Shown here in pieces: positions 48,101-57,897 of a stretch of DNA of 64,000 nucleotides. The position numbers and the translations under genes are program-made. The DNA comes from Phaeosaccion multiseriatum (taxonomy: Eukaryota; Protista; Ochrophyta, other classes), in NCBI GenBank assembly GCA_965112735.1, contig OZ218965.1, positions 124,001-188,000 of the forward strand, given 5' to 3'. Numbering within the stretch: position 1 is the first letter of the stretch; every line of letters starts with the position of its first letter. Under the pieces are notes generated by a model. That model was not told the DNA's origin. It was given only the letters and a program-made list of their open reading frames with translations, and ran no database searches.

Positions 48101-49678
48101 ATACACGACTATCAAGCGAAAGGGACGCGGACGGGTTCGCGTACCACTCACCAGTGAGCTCGTTGTGGGAGAGGCCCAATTGCGCAAGCTTCTCCAGACT
48201 TCCAAGCTTCCTTGGAATGCTCCCTGCGAAGCGGAGGGAAGTTCTTTGGTCATACTCATACTAAGTGAAAGGGACGCGACCGGGTGTGCGCACCACTTAC
48301 CAGTGAGCTTGTTGTGGGAGAGGCTCAAACTCTCAAGCTTCTTCAGACGTCCAAGCTCGGGTGGAATGCTCCCTGCGGATGGGAGGAAAGTTCTGTGGTC
48401 ATACTAATATCAAGTGAAAGGGACGCGAACGGGTGTGCGTACCACTCACCAGTGAGCTCATTGTCAAAGAGGCTCAGAACCTGAAGGTTCTTCAGATCTC
48501 CAAGCGCGGGCGGAATATTCCCTGCGGAGCGGAGGAAAGTTCTTGGTCATACTCACATCAAGTGAAGGGGACGCGAACGGGTACGCGTACCACTCACCAG
48601 TGAGCTTGTTGTCCCTCAGTGTGAGCCACGTCAAGTTGGTCAGATCTCCCAACTCCTTGGGAAGGTTCCCTGTGGATGGAAGGAGAGCTCTTTGGTCATA
48701 CTAATATCAAGTCAAGAGGACGCGAACGGGTTCGCGTACCACCTACCTTCTAGATTGTTCCGATCGAGCCGTAGTTCTTGAAGGTTTGAAAGCTTGCCAA
48801 GTTGCGGAGGAATACTCCCTGAGATGTGGGGAAAGCTCTTCAGCCATACTAATATCAAGTCAAGCCAAGGGGACGCGAACGGTATGCGTACCACTTACCG
48901 CTGAGCTGATTGCCGCCGAGTTTCAGCAGCGTAAGGATCTGCAGACTTCCGAGCTCCTCGGGAATGCCCCCTGCGTATGGGAGGAGAGTTCTTTTGGTCA
49001 CACTAGTATCAAATGAAAGGGGGGAGAACGGTTGCGCGGACCACTTACCAGTCAGCTTGTTGTCGGAGAGGCCCAATTTCTCAAGCTTCTCTAGACTTCC
49101 AAGCTCGGGTGGAATGCTCCCTGCGGATGGGATGAAAGTTCTTCAGACATATAATGTCAAGTCAAGAGGACGCGAACGGGTGCTCGTGCCACTCATCAGT
49201 GAGCTGATTGTTGTTGAGGGACAGTCTCTCGTGACCTTCAAGCTCTGGTGGAATCCTCCCTGCGGAGCGGGGGGAGCTCTTTGGTACACGAAGTGTAAGG
49301 GACGCGAACGAGTCGCTGGACTACCACGTCATGCCCCTGCCTCACACTCCTCTTGCCCCTCTTTGCTTCGTCCTTCCCTAATATTCTAGACCCATCACAT
49401 GAAGGAAAGAGAGAGAGAGAACTTTACCCCCCCCCTTCTGAATACGACGCATTCTTCAGGACGTAAGGCACAACAACCATCATCACGTCTCTCCTACCTT
49501 CGAGGCCGTTGCTTCCGAGGTCAAGCTCCACCACATAGTCATTTTCCAGGCTCACTCCGAACCAGTTCTCCAAAGATGCGTCCGCGTTCCATCCCGCCTT
49601 GTTAGACCAAGCGGGTCCGCTCGTCGCGTGAAAGACGTCTGTGAGTATTCTACGCTGATCCTCGAGGACACTAGACAT
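42119..49678 (-). CDS. LRR-ROC-COR-TIR (ROCO GTPase with C-terminal TIR domain)
   Basis: Exon 1 (49678-49498) is an LRR N-cap (QRRILTDVFHATSGPAWSNKAGW...LENWFGV...VVELDLGSNGLEG), followed by 20 intact 72-nt LRR exons. ROC motifs: GPTTVGKT|S, STVGVDI, DCGGQ, VLLVANKCD, TSC. COR-like exons 44538-44379, 44180-43521, 43397-43260 and 43103-42852. TIR exon 42751-42119 (YQVFLSHAG...TFLDERSL...VVVLSPDFVCREWPLEEM). All junctions GT-AG and in frame. Confidence 0.92.
46192..46256 (-). pseudogene. Broken LRR cassette (acceptor and exon 5' end deleted, donor GC)
   Basis: LRR sequence ...PELGGLQNLTGLYLNNNQLTG is joined directly to intron sequence without the cag acceptor. The donor reads GCGAG. Confidence 0.8.
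49197..49259 (-). pseudogene. Broken LRR cassette (63 nt, donor GT>AT)
   Basis: GRIPPELEGHERLSLNNNQLTG carries a 9-nt deletion, and the donor reads ATGAGT. Confidence 0.8.
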
Positions 49679-51217
49679 CGTAACCTTTGTAACACGCAAA
49701 CACTGATAAAAGCTCGTCCTGTTCTCAGTGTTTAGTCTGGTTCAATCTGCAAAACGGCGTTAGGATACGTCAGCATTAAAAGTGAGCGAGCTTTGAATCC
49801 ATGAAGTTCACAAATGGATGTGACCGTGACCCAGGAAAAAAATTGTCTTCCGTAGCAAGACCAAGCACATGGGTGGGGTGCTACACTCCCTGAGCATTGT
49901 AAGGGGATAGACAGATAGCAGCATTATTGCTAACAAGGCTGGTGCGAACGGGATTACTCTCGGGGAGGAAAAAAGGAAGGAGGCGGGCCACGTTTACGAA
50001 GCCGGCATTGGAGGAGCACATTGCGCGGCTATTGGCAGAGGAGACGCGGATAGCGCAGGAGAATCTTGCCAGCGCCCTCAGCATGCACAAGGGAAGCACT
50101 GCTGCCACCCCTCCAAGCTTGCAGCTGGCACAGGGCATTGAGCCCGCATCTGGCTGGGAGCAGCCAGAGGCGTCGGCGAACGAGAAGGCAGCGGCGCAGG
50201 CCAAGCAAGCTCCCGGATAGGGCATATTCCACGTTTCGGGCGCTGCCTGCGGGGCGGCCTGGCTGCCCCCTCCCCTGCGCTGAGGCAGAGAGTCGGAAGG
50301 TCTGGGCTACGGGGAAGGCGGCAGTGGCAAAGGGGGGGGGATAGAGGTCTAGTGGCGGACCCTGTGGGCGACAGCGGCCGGGCCCACTTACGCGGGTGAT
50401 GCGGTCGTTGGGCGCCTTGCGAGCTGTACACCACCCCAGGTGGAGGTCTCGCTGCCCCGCATATGGACCCGGCCAGCCAGGAAAGATGAGGTGCTGGAGG
50501 ATAAGCGCGTCACCGGCCACGTACGAGAGCAAGTCGTCGCTTGCTGGCGCCAGGAACGGCGTTCAGCAGTAATGGTGGACGCAGCCAGAGGTGAGATGAG
50601 AGGGTGAAAGGGTTTCTCGAAGGGTCAGCTCGCAGCTGCAAGGCAGAAGGCAGTGGCCGGGGAGAACCACCAGAGCGTCGATGAGCACGCTGCCCTGGCT
50701 GATTGAGAATAGAAGGATCAAAGACTTTCTGCTCGAGAGGGCGATTGTAGTGCATCATGCTTTTCTGGACGAGCAGGCCTGCAGTGAGATGTGGCCACAC
50801 CCCTTGGGGGAAGTTGAGGAGCAGAAGGGGAAGCGAAATGGAGGGTCATCAGCGATATGACGGCAGGGCGCTGCGGCAGCGAGTCGGGGTGCCTGGAGGT
50901 GCTGCTCGACCTCCTATCTCTCTCTTCCCCCTTCAGGCTTACAAGGATGCAGCGGGGGGGAGTGGAAGGTGATGCACCGCAAAGGGGGCAGTACAGGTCC
51001 TCAGCAGCGTGGTGGCGAAGGCCAGAGATGCCGATATCAATGTCGATGATGCCGATATCAATGTCGATGATGCCGACATCAATGTCGCAGTGGCGAGGGC
51101 CAGAGACAGGCCTGGACCCGAGCGACTTCGTACTGCACACGCTCGCCCTCTCCGTAGCTATCGGCGCAGCGACAACGCTGGCGGCCAGGGTACTCTCGGA
51201 TGCGCAGGTATACGACA

Positions 51218-51445
51218 ACAGCAGCAGCAGCAGCAGTTGGTGATACAGCAGCAGTAGCAGCAGGTGGTGATACAACAGAAGCAGCAAGGGCCTGAACACG
51301 ACGATGGCGGTCCTCATGCTCTCCAGCATGTGCAGAATAAGAATAGCGCTACCGCTCACTCGCTTGCTGAACAGAGCGGCGGAAGACGCGAGAGACTCGA
51401 GACGGGATGGGAAGGGAGGGGGGCTTGCCTGTCCGTCTAACACAG
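51218..51445 (+). repeat. Right direct repeat bounding the ROCO-TIR island
   Basis: Near-identical to 41760-41985. Confidence 0.9.
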
Positions 51446-52537
51446 AAGGAGAAGGAGTAGCTCAGTTTTAATGTGTTCATTCTCTTTGATTTTTGATTTA
51501 AGATCCTTCATACAAGGTGGATACTGTACCTGTTCGCTTATCTACACATCCCCCACCCCCTTCGCCTGAGCCCGCGCGACCAAGGCCGCCGTCCGCGCCC
51601 CTCGGCTCCGCCATGCCCATATGCCTCTGCTCAAATATGCCCATATGCCTCTGCTCAAATATGCCCATACGCCTCTCCTCTTCCCTTCCCATCCTCCTTT
51701 TTACTATTGACTATTGGGCCCTTACTTGGGCCGGGCCTCGTCCGAGCTGGTGGGTTGACCTGAGGGCGTTTGTTGGCTTACTGGGGTGGAGGGCGTTTGT
51801 TGGCTTACTGGAGTGGGCGTTCGCTGACCTGCCGGCCGTTCCTCCTTTACGGGCGGCAGGCACTGCAGCTGATGACCACCCCGGCCCATACACCTCCCGC
51901 TGGACTGCCTGCCTATATGCCTGTCGCCGCTGGGGACGACACTCTCGTGCTTCCCCTGCTGCGGCGTCTCCAAGCGCTCTCCGCTCGGAGGGAGGCTCTC
52001 GTCGTTGTCCATTGAGAGGTGCTGTATGCCCAACTGCTGTACCACCCACTGCTTCGTCTCCCCCCCGTACGGCCCCACTGTTGCCCGCCTCCCTTCCTGC
52101 GTCGGTCCCCCGGTGGGTGCCCCTGCCCCTGACCCATGCAATGCCCTTGCCCCTCCTGCCGCCCCCACCCCCATCAGCTCCTCTACGGAAGGACTGCTCG
52201 CAAGAAGAGCGAGGGTGTCGTGACTGCGGCTGGGAGAGGGGGAGCTGCTGATGGACTTTCTTTGCCTCAGTCTGAGCTTCCTCCTCACCACCCCCCCACC
52301 CCCCCCCCCAGCTCCCTCCTCTGGAGGGCTTTGCGCTGTGAGGGGTCCGCTGAGTGCGAGCTCGAGAAGACCCTTCTCGTGCAACGCGAAACAGGAGCTG
52401 CAGCCGCCCAAACAGCGCCCGTGGCTGAAGAGCTGGGGCACTGGACAAGAGAGGGGGGAGGAGGGAGAGGGAGCGTCAGGGGGAGGGTTTCGACAACACA
52501 CACCGCACACCCTCTCCTTTCATCGGGCCTCGGGGAG

Positions 52538-52650
52538 CACCGATGGCCCATATGCCTTAGCACTGATGGCCCATACGACTTAGCACTGATGGCCCATATG
52601 CCTTAGCACTGATGGCCCATACGACTTAGCACTGATGGCCCATATGACTT
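52538..52650. repeat. 23-bp tandem repeat cttagcactgatggcccatatgc
   Basis: About 5 copies here; the paralogous array at 61321-61500 has about 8. Confidence 0.9.
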
Positions 52651-53834
52651 ACCTGTGGCGATGCCAGTCATTTTGGTGAGCTCGAGCTGCAGGGGGACAC
52701 CCCCCCCGGGGAGCTCGTCGAACTGCCAAAAGAGAGCGGAAGAGAGAAGGAGAGAGAGAGTGACAAACAGAGAGGCAGACAGAGAGGGATAGAGAGACAC
52801 ATCAGTAAGGCAGAAAGAGAGAGAACTATTCAGGCTTGTGAGCGAAGACGATGGCACCCCACGGCCGTACGAGGGGCGTTGGTGGTCCAGACAGTTGTCA
52901 TCTGTTGCATCGATCCCAAGGGCTCTCTCTCTCTTCATTGTCGCTCCTTATCTCCCCATTCGCTTGTCTCCCTGCCCCTCCCGAGAAGCTCTCACCTGCA
53001 CCACAGTGAACTCCACCTTAAGGTTGTGCAACAAGTCCAACAAGCGGTTGCTGCGACAGGGAGGGGGGGCGTCGAGAGGAGTAGGGGTGGGCGTAAGGGT
53101 GGTGGGCACAGATAGTAAGGAGGACTTGAGGAGGACGAGGTCAGGAGGCAGGCGAGAGGAAGACACCCTCTCCACAAGGAGTGCCGAATGGCCAACAACG
53201 AGGGCACAAACCTGAAGGAGCAGTAGCTCTTGCCGAACACCACGACGTCGTTCTTGGCCACTTGCTCCTTCAGCCACCACCGCCATGTGGCCGGGTCCTG
53301 ACACCAACCAGCGTTTTCACAGAGCAGAAACAAGTGTATGGGCATGAGAGAGCTGACACCAGCACCACCAAGAGGACTTTGGTCAACCTCCCTCCCGAGC
53401 AGCACGTGCTGAGAACGTTCCTCGAGGACATCACCCTCCCCTGAGAATGTTCTGCGAGGACACCCCCCTCCCCCACAACACCCTGGTGCTGACTGTGGTG
53501 GACTGTGGTGATGACTGTGGGCATCCCTTCGTAGCTACTGGGGGCCATGGCCAGGCAGTCATTAGCTTATTGCGCTGTACCACTCCTCACCTGATCGAGC
53601 TCCGCGAGTGTGGCAAATCGGTCCGAAATCTCCTCCCAGCTGCCCCTCTCGTTCATCACCCACTGCCGCGAGAGGAAGACAGTGGACACACATAAGACAC
53701 GGGCCGTGAGGAGAAGGAGAGAGAAAGAGAGAGAAAGGGAGGGGGGGGGTGGGGGAGGCTCTGGACAGAGAGAGAGTACACTACATCAGAGCAGAGCAGA
53801 GCACGCATGACGCACGGTACTGAGGAACTCAGGG

Positions 53835-54462
53835 ACTGACTGACTGACAGACTGATTGACTGACTGACTGACTGACTGACTGACTGACTGACTGACTGAC
53901 TGACTGACTGACTGACTGACTGACTAACTGACTAACTGACTGACTGACTGACTCACTGACTCACTGACCGACTGACTGACTGACTGACTGACTGACTGAC
54001 TGACTGACTTCACTGACTGACTGACTTCACTGACTGACTGACTGACTGACTGACTGACTTCACTGATTGACTGACTGACTGACTGACTGACTGACTGACT
54101 GACTGATACTGACTGACTGACTGAGGGCCTGACTGACTGACTGACTGACTGACTGAGTGATACTGACTGACTTACTGACTGACTGAGGGCCTGACTGACT
54201 GACAGACTGGCTGACTGACTGACTGACTGACTGACTGAGGGCCTGACTGAGGGCCTGACGGACTGACTGACTGACTGACTGACTGACTGATACTGACTGA
54301 CTGACTCACTTAGGGCCTTGACTGACTGACTGACTGACTGACTGACTGACTGACTGACTGACTGACTGTGACTGACTGACTGACTGACTGACTGAGAGAC
54401 TTGACTGACTGACTGATTGATACTGACTGACTGACTGACGGACTGACTGACTGACTGACTTC

Positions 54463-54494
<32 letters not shown>

Positions 54495-54705
54495 CCTGCC
54501 TGCCTGCCTGACAGACTGACAGACTGACAGACTGACTGAGTGACTGACCGACCGACTGACTGACTGACTGACTGACTGACTGACAGACTGAGGGCCTGAC
54601 TGACTGACTGACTGACTGACTGACTGACTGACTGACTGGCTGCCTGACTCACTGACTCACTGACTGACTGCCTGACTGACTGACTGACTGACTGACTGAC
54701 TGACT

Positions 54706-54739
<34 letters not shown>

Positions 54740-54740
54740 G
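53835..54740. repeat. (TGAC)n intronic microsatellite
   Basis: About 900 bp here, versus about 90 bp at the paralogous site 62640-62730. Confidence 0.95.
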
Positions 54741-55501
54741 AGCCTTGACGGACCCCTCTCGCGGCGCCCCCCCCCGCACCTGTCTGCCTGCGCTCTGCCG
54801 TGTGTCGCTGCCCGGCTGGCTGCTCTGGTCCGTACTCTGGTCTGGGCTCTCGCTCTCCATGTACTTGACGAGCTTGGGGCCCGAGGTGGACGTGTCCTTA
54901 TTCTCCGAGTTCTCGATCCACGCCACGAAGTCCACCTGCGCATGCACACACACGCGCACACACACACACACGCACACACGCATACACACAAACGCACACA
55001 CACATACACACACGCACACACGCACACACACACGTGCCCGCGGGCGCGGCATTCGGCAGTGGAGCGACAGAGACATACGTCATGAAACGCCATGGCAGGA
55101 AGGGTCATGGCGGTAAGAGCTTTGGCGGGAAGGGCTTTGGCGGGAAGGGCTCACGCTCCCTCTAGTCCTTATCACTCCTCGGTGGCCCAACCTGTGTACG
55201 CCCAACCTGTGTATGCCCAAACAACCCCACCCGTGCATGGCCCTGCCCGCCCCGCTGCTGCCGACAGTTTCACTCACCTTGTGCATGAGCTTCTCTACGG
55301 TGAGGGGCACCTTCTGCAGCGAGTCCTCGATCTCCTCCTCGGGCACGAAACGGCCCGTCTGCTCGCCGCGCTCCTTGGCCCTTCGAAACACACACTCGCG
55401 GTCGGCGAACACGTAGAGAATGGCGATGCGGTAGTGGGGGCGCTTCAAGCGGATCTGTCGGAACACGATCTGCGTGGGCACAAACACACACACGTACATA
55501 C

Positions 55502-55703
55502 TCGGCCCCTGACATGCTTCTGAGGCGACCCTGCTTCCTGCTTCTGGCCGGCGCCAGCCGGCCAGGCAGGTTCCAGGTTCTGGGGGAAAGCCATGTAATA
55601 AGGCAATGATGAGGGCCAAGGCTGGTTCCTGCTTCTGGCCGGCGCCAGCCGGCCTGCTTCCTGCTTCTGGGCTGGCCTGTCTCAGAAGCATGTCAGGGGC
55701 CGA
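55502..55703. mobile_element. MITE (202 bp, 23-bp TIRs, 6-bp TSD ACATAC)
   Basis: TCGGCCCCTGACATGCTTCTGAG (55502-55524) and its exact reverse complement (55681-55703). ACATAC at 55496-55501 and 55704-55709. Absent from the paralogous intron near 63445. Confidence 0.92.
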
Positions 55704-57186
55704 ACATACAAACGCTCTGTCAGAAGGGGCCGATGCGCTTCTGTCTGCAGACGGACGGCTCTCTCTCTCGCTCTCTTTCTCTCCCTCTCTGGCTCTCTTT
55801 CTCTCTCTTGCTCTCGTTCTCTCTCTCTCTCTTTCTCTGTCTGTAGCTATGTCCGTCTTTCCCTCCCCCTGCGGCGGGGAGAGTGCGCAGCCCTCATCCC
55901 TGGCGACCCCACACACGCACGCACGCACGCACCTCATACCACTCTGCATCCCTTAGGCTGCCATCGACCCACACGTTCTTCTGCCTCTCCATAGCAACCT
56001 CCTGCGCAGACAAGGGGGGGGGGCACGCACGAGGCAGCGGGTAGAGAGCGGCAATACCAATGTCAAGCAATGGCAATGTCAATGTCAAGCAATGGCAATG
56101 TCAATGTCAAGCAATGGCAATGTCACGGGGTCAAGCTTTTGGGGTCAGCGGGTACAGTGCAAGGTGTCAGGACAGCGGGTACAGTGCAAGGTGTCGGGAC
56201 AGCGGGCACAGTGCAGGGTGTCAGGACAGGGGGGGCGTGTCACTGACTGCGCTACTGACTGCGCTGGTGACCAACTTATTGACAGATTGACTCAATGACT
56301 GACTGACAGACTCGAGAACTGACTGACTTACTGGCCGACCGACCCACCGACCGACCGACCGACCCACCGACCGACCGACCGACCGACCGACTGACTGACT
56401 GACTGACTGACTGACTGACTGACTGACTGACTGACTGACTGACTGACTGACTGACTGACTGACTGACTGACTGACTGACCTGCGCAATTTCGATCATGAA
56501 GCCGCTCTCGAGCCTAGTCCTGTTGCCGGCCTCGTTGGGGCACGTCTTGAGGTAAAGCTTCCACTCGGGAAACGACATCTTGAGCATGTCGGGGTCCAGC
56601 TGAGGACAGGAGGGGGGGAAGGCAGGGGCGTTGGGGGGTCAGGGAGGGAGGATGGCAGTGGATGGCAAGGGGCAGGAGCAGAACAAACAAGAGGGCGCCC
56701 CATCGCCCGGAGAGGGAGGGATGGCAGTGGATGGCAGTGGACGTGAGTGAGTACGTGCGTGGGTGGGTGAGTGAGTGAGTGTGTGAGGGATTGAGTGAGT
56801 CAGTCAGTCAGCGAAAGAGTGAGGGAGTAAGTGAGGCTGTGAGTGAGTGAGCCAGTGAGTCAGTCAGCGAAAGAGTGAGGGAGTAAGTGAGGCAGTGAGT
56901 GAGTGAGTGAGTGAGCCAGTGAGTCAGTAAGTGGGCCAGTGAGTCAGTAAGTGAGCCAGTGAGTCAGTTACTAGTGAGTGGGTGAGTGGGGGGGGGGGGG
57001 GAGATGTGAGTGAGTGAGTGAATTAAATGTGACACGATGTCTCTGACGCTGTATCACCACTGCTGCTTTGTGCATGGCCCTGTCCCGTCGGTGATACAAA
57101 ACGGGCACCTCCCACCCACCGTCCTGAAACCCCCTACCCGCTGTCCTGACACCCCCAACCCCCACGCTCCCGTGTTGGTGCTACAT

Positions 57187-57276
57187 AACGGGCGCCTCCT
57201 GCTGTGCCAAGCCACGAAGCGAGCCATGGGCACATGCTTCGAGCTGCTCGGCATCAAGCCCCTGGAGCGTATCTAA
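57187..57276 (+). pseudogene. Duplicated ArgRS terminal exon (pseudo-exon)
   Basis: Copy of NGRLLLCQATKRAMGTCFELLGIKPLERI*. The acceptor gatacag is mutated to gctacat. Confidence 0.88.
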
Positions 57277-57897
57277 GCGATCAGGGCCAAAGGGCCAACG
57301 TCAGGGCCAGGCTCATGCTCAGGGTCAGGGTCAGGGTCAAGGTCAGGGTCAAGGTCAGGGGCAGGGTCAGGGGCAGGCTTAGAAGACACTCGGTGTGTTG
57401 CTGCGGCGCTTCTGCGGCTTTGGCCTCGGACGCCTCACAAGAGCCTTGGGCACGACGATGGCAGTTGGTGATACAGCAGCAGCAGTTGGTGATACAACAA
57501 CAACAGCAGCAGCAGTTGGTGATACAACAGAAGCAGCAAGGGCCTGAACACGACGATGGCGGTCCTCATGCTCTCCAGCATGTGCAGAATAGCGCTACCG
57601 CTCACTCGCTTGCCGAACAGAGCGGCGGAAGACGCGAGAGGGGAGCGGAGGGGAGGGGAGGGGGGCTTGCCTGTCCGTCTATCACAGAATGAGTGATTTA
57701 AGATCCTTCATACAGGGTGGATACCCTCAACAGGATATGTTAAGGGGGGACTGTGGAGTAGGCCACTCGTTCATGCCCAATCGGAAACCCGAGGCACCGT
57801 TTCAATATATTTTACTCTCGTTCTGTCCGTGAAAAGCTTTGGCGCCTCTCTCTCTCTCTCTGACTAAGGGTGGCTGGGGACTTGCAATCGGTGAGGG

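Larger units (their letters stand above)
46000..49320 (-). repeat. Tandem array of 22 ~150-bp LRR exon+intron cassettes
   Basis: Intact 72-nt phase-1 exons start (plus-strand low coordinate) at 46051, 46321, 46460, 46610, 46759, 46907, 47056, 47205, 47406, 47555, 47703, 47853, 48002, 48152, 48301, 48450, 48598, 48747, 48899 and 49049. Broken units lie at 46192 and 49197. The introns are mutually homologous. Confidence 0.95.
51722..56599 (-). pseudogene. 5'-truncated copy of zeta-toxin-like P-loop kinase / glutaredoxin fusion gene
   Basis: Exons 56599-56480, 56001-55933, 55469-55278, 54935-54780, 53662-53591, 53297-53212, 53050-52996, 52722-52653 and 52440-51722 splice in frame. Zeta-like motifs: LDPD, TRLESGFMIE, VWVDGSLRD, RAKERGEQTGRFVP. 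Grx motifs: VVVFGKSYCSFS, TVPQLF, LGGC. Upstream DNA switches to duplicated ArgRS intron at ~56760, so no Walker A exon or start is present. Confidence 0.8.

Noticed and set aside
46000-49320. CRISPR-like repeat/spacer appearance
   Set aside because: The variable parts are mutually homologous 72-nt LRR exons bounded by AG/GT and the constant parts are introns. No cas genes, and the context is eukaryotic.
46016-49389. Plus-strand ORFs over the LRR array
   Set aside because: Antisense shadows of the minus-strand cassettes.
53212-53297. Selenoprotein or dithiol glutaredoxin active site
   Set aside because: Splicing gives C-S-F-S (AG|C), with no in-frame TGA and no second Cys.
51722-56599. Second functional zeta-Grx gene
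   Set aside because: No start or Walker A exon, because upstream DNA is duplicated ArgRS intron. Treated as a truncated copy, though expression of a Grx-containing fragment is not excluded.
57187-57276. Alternative terminal exon for ArgRS
   Set aside because: The acceptor AG is mutated to AT, and the peptide is identical to the real last exon.
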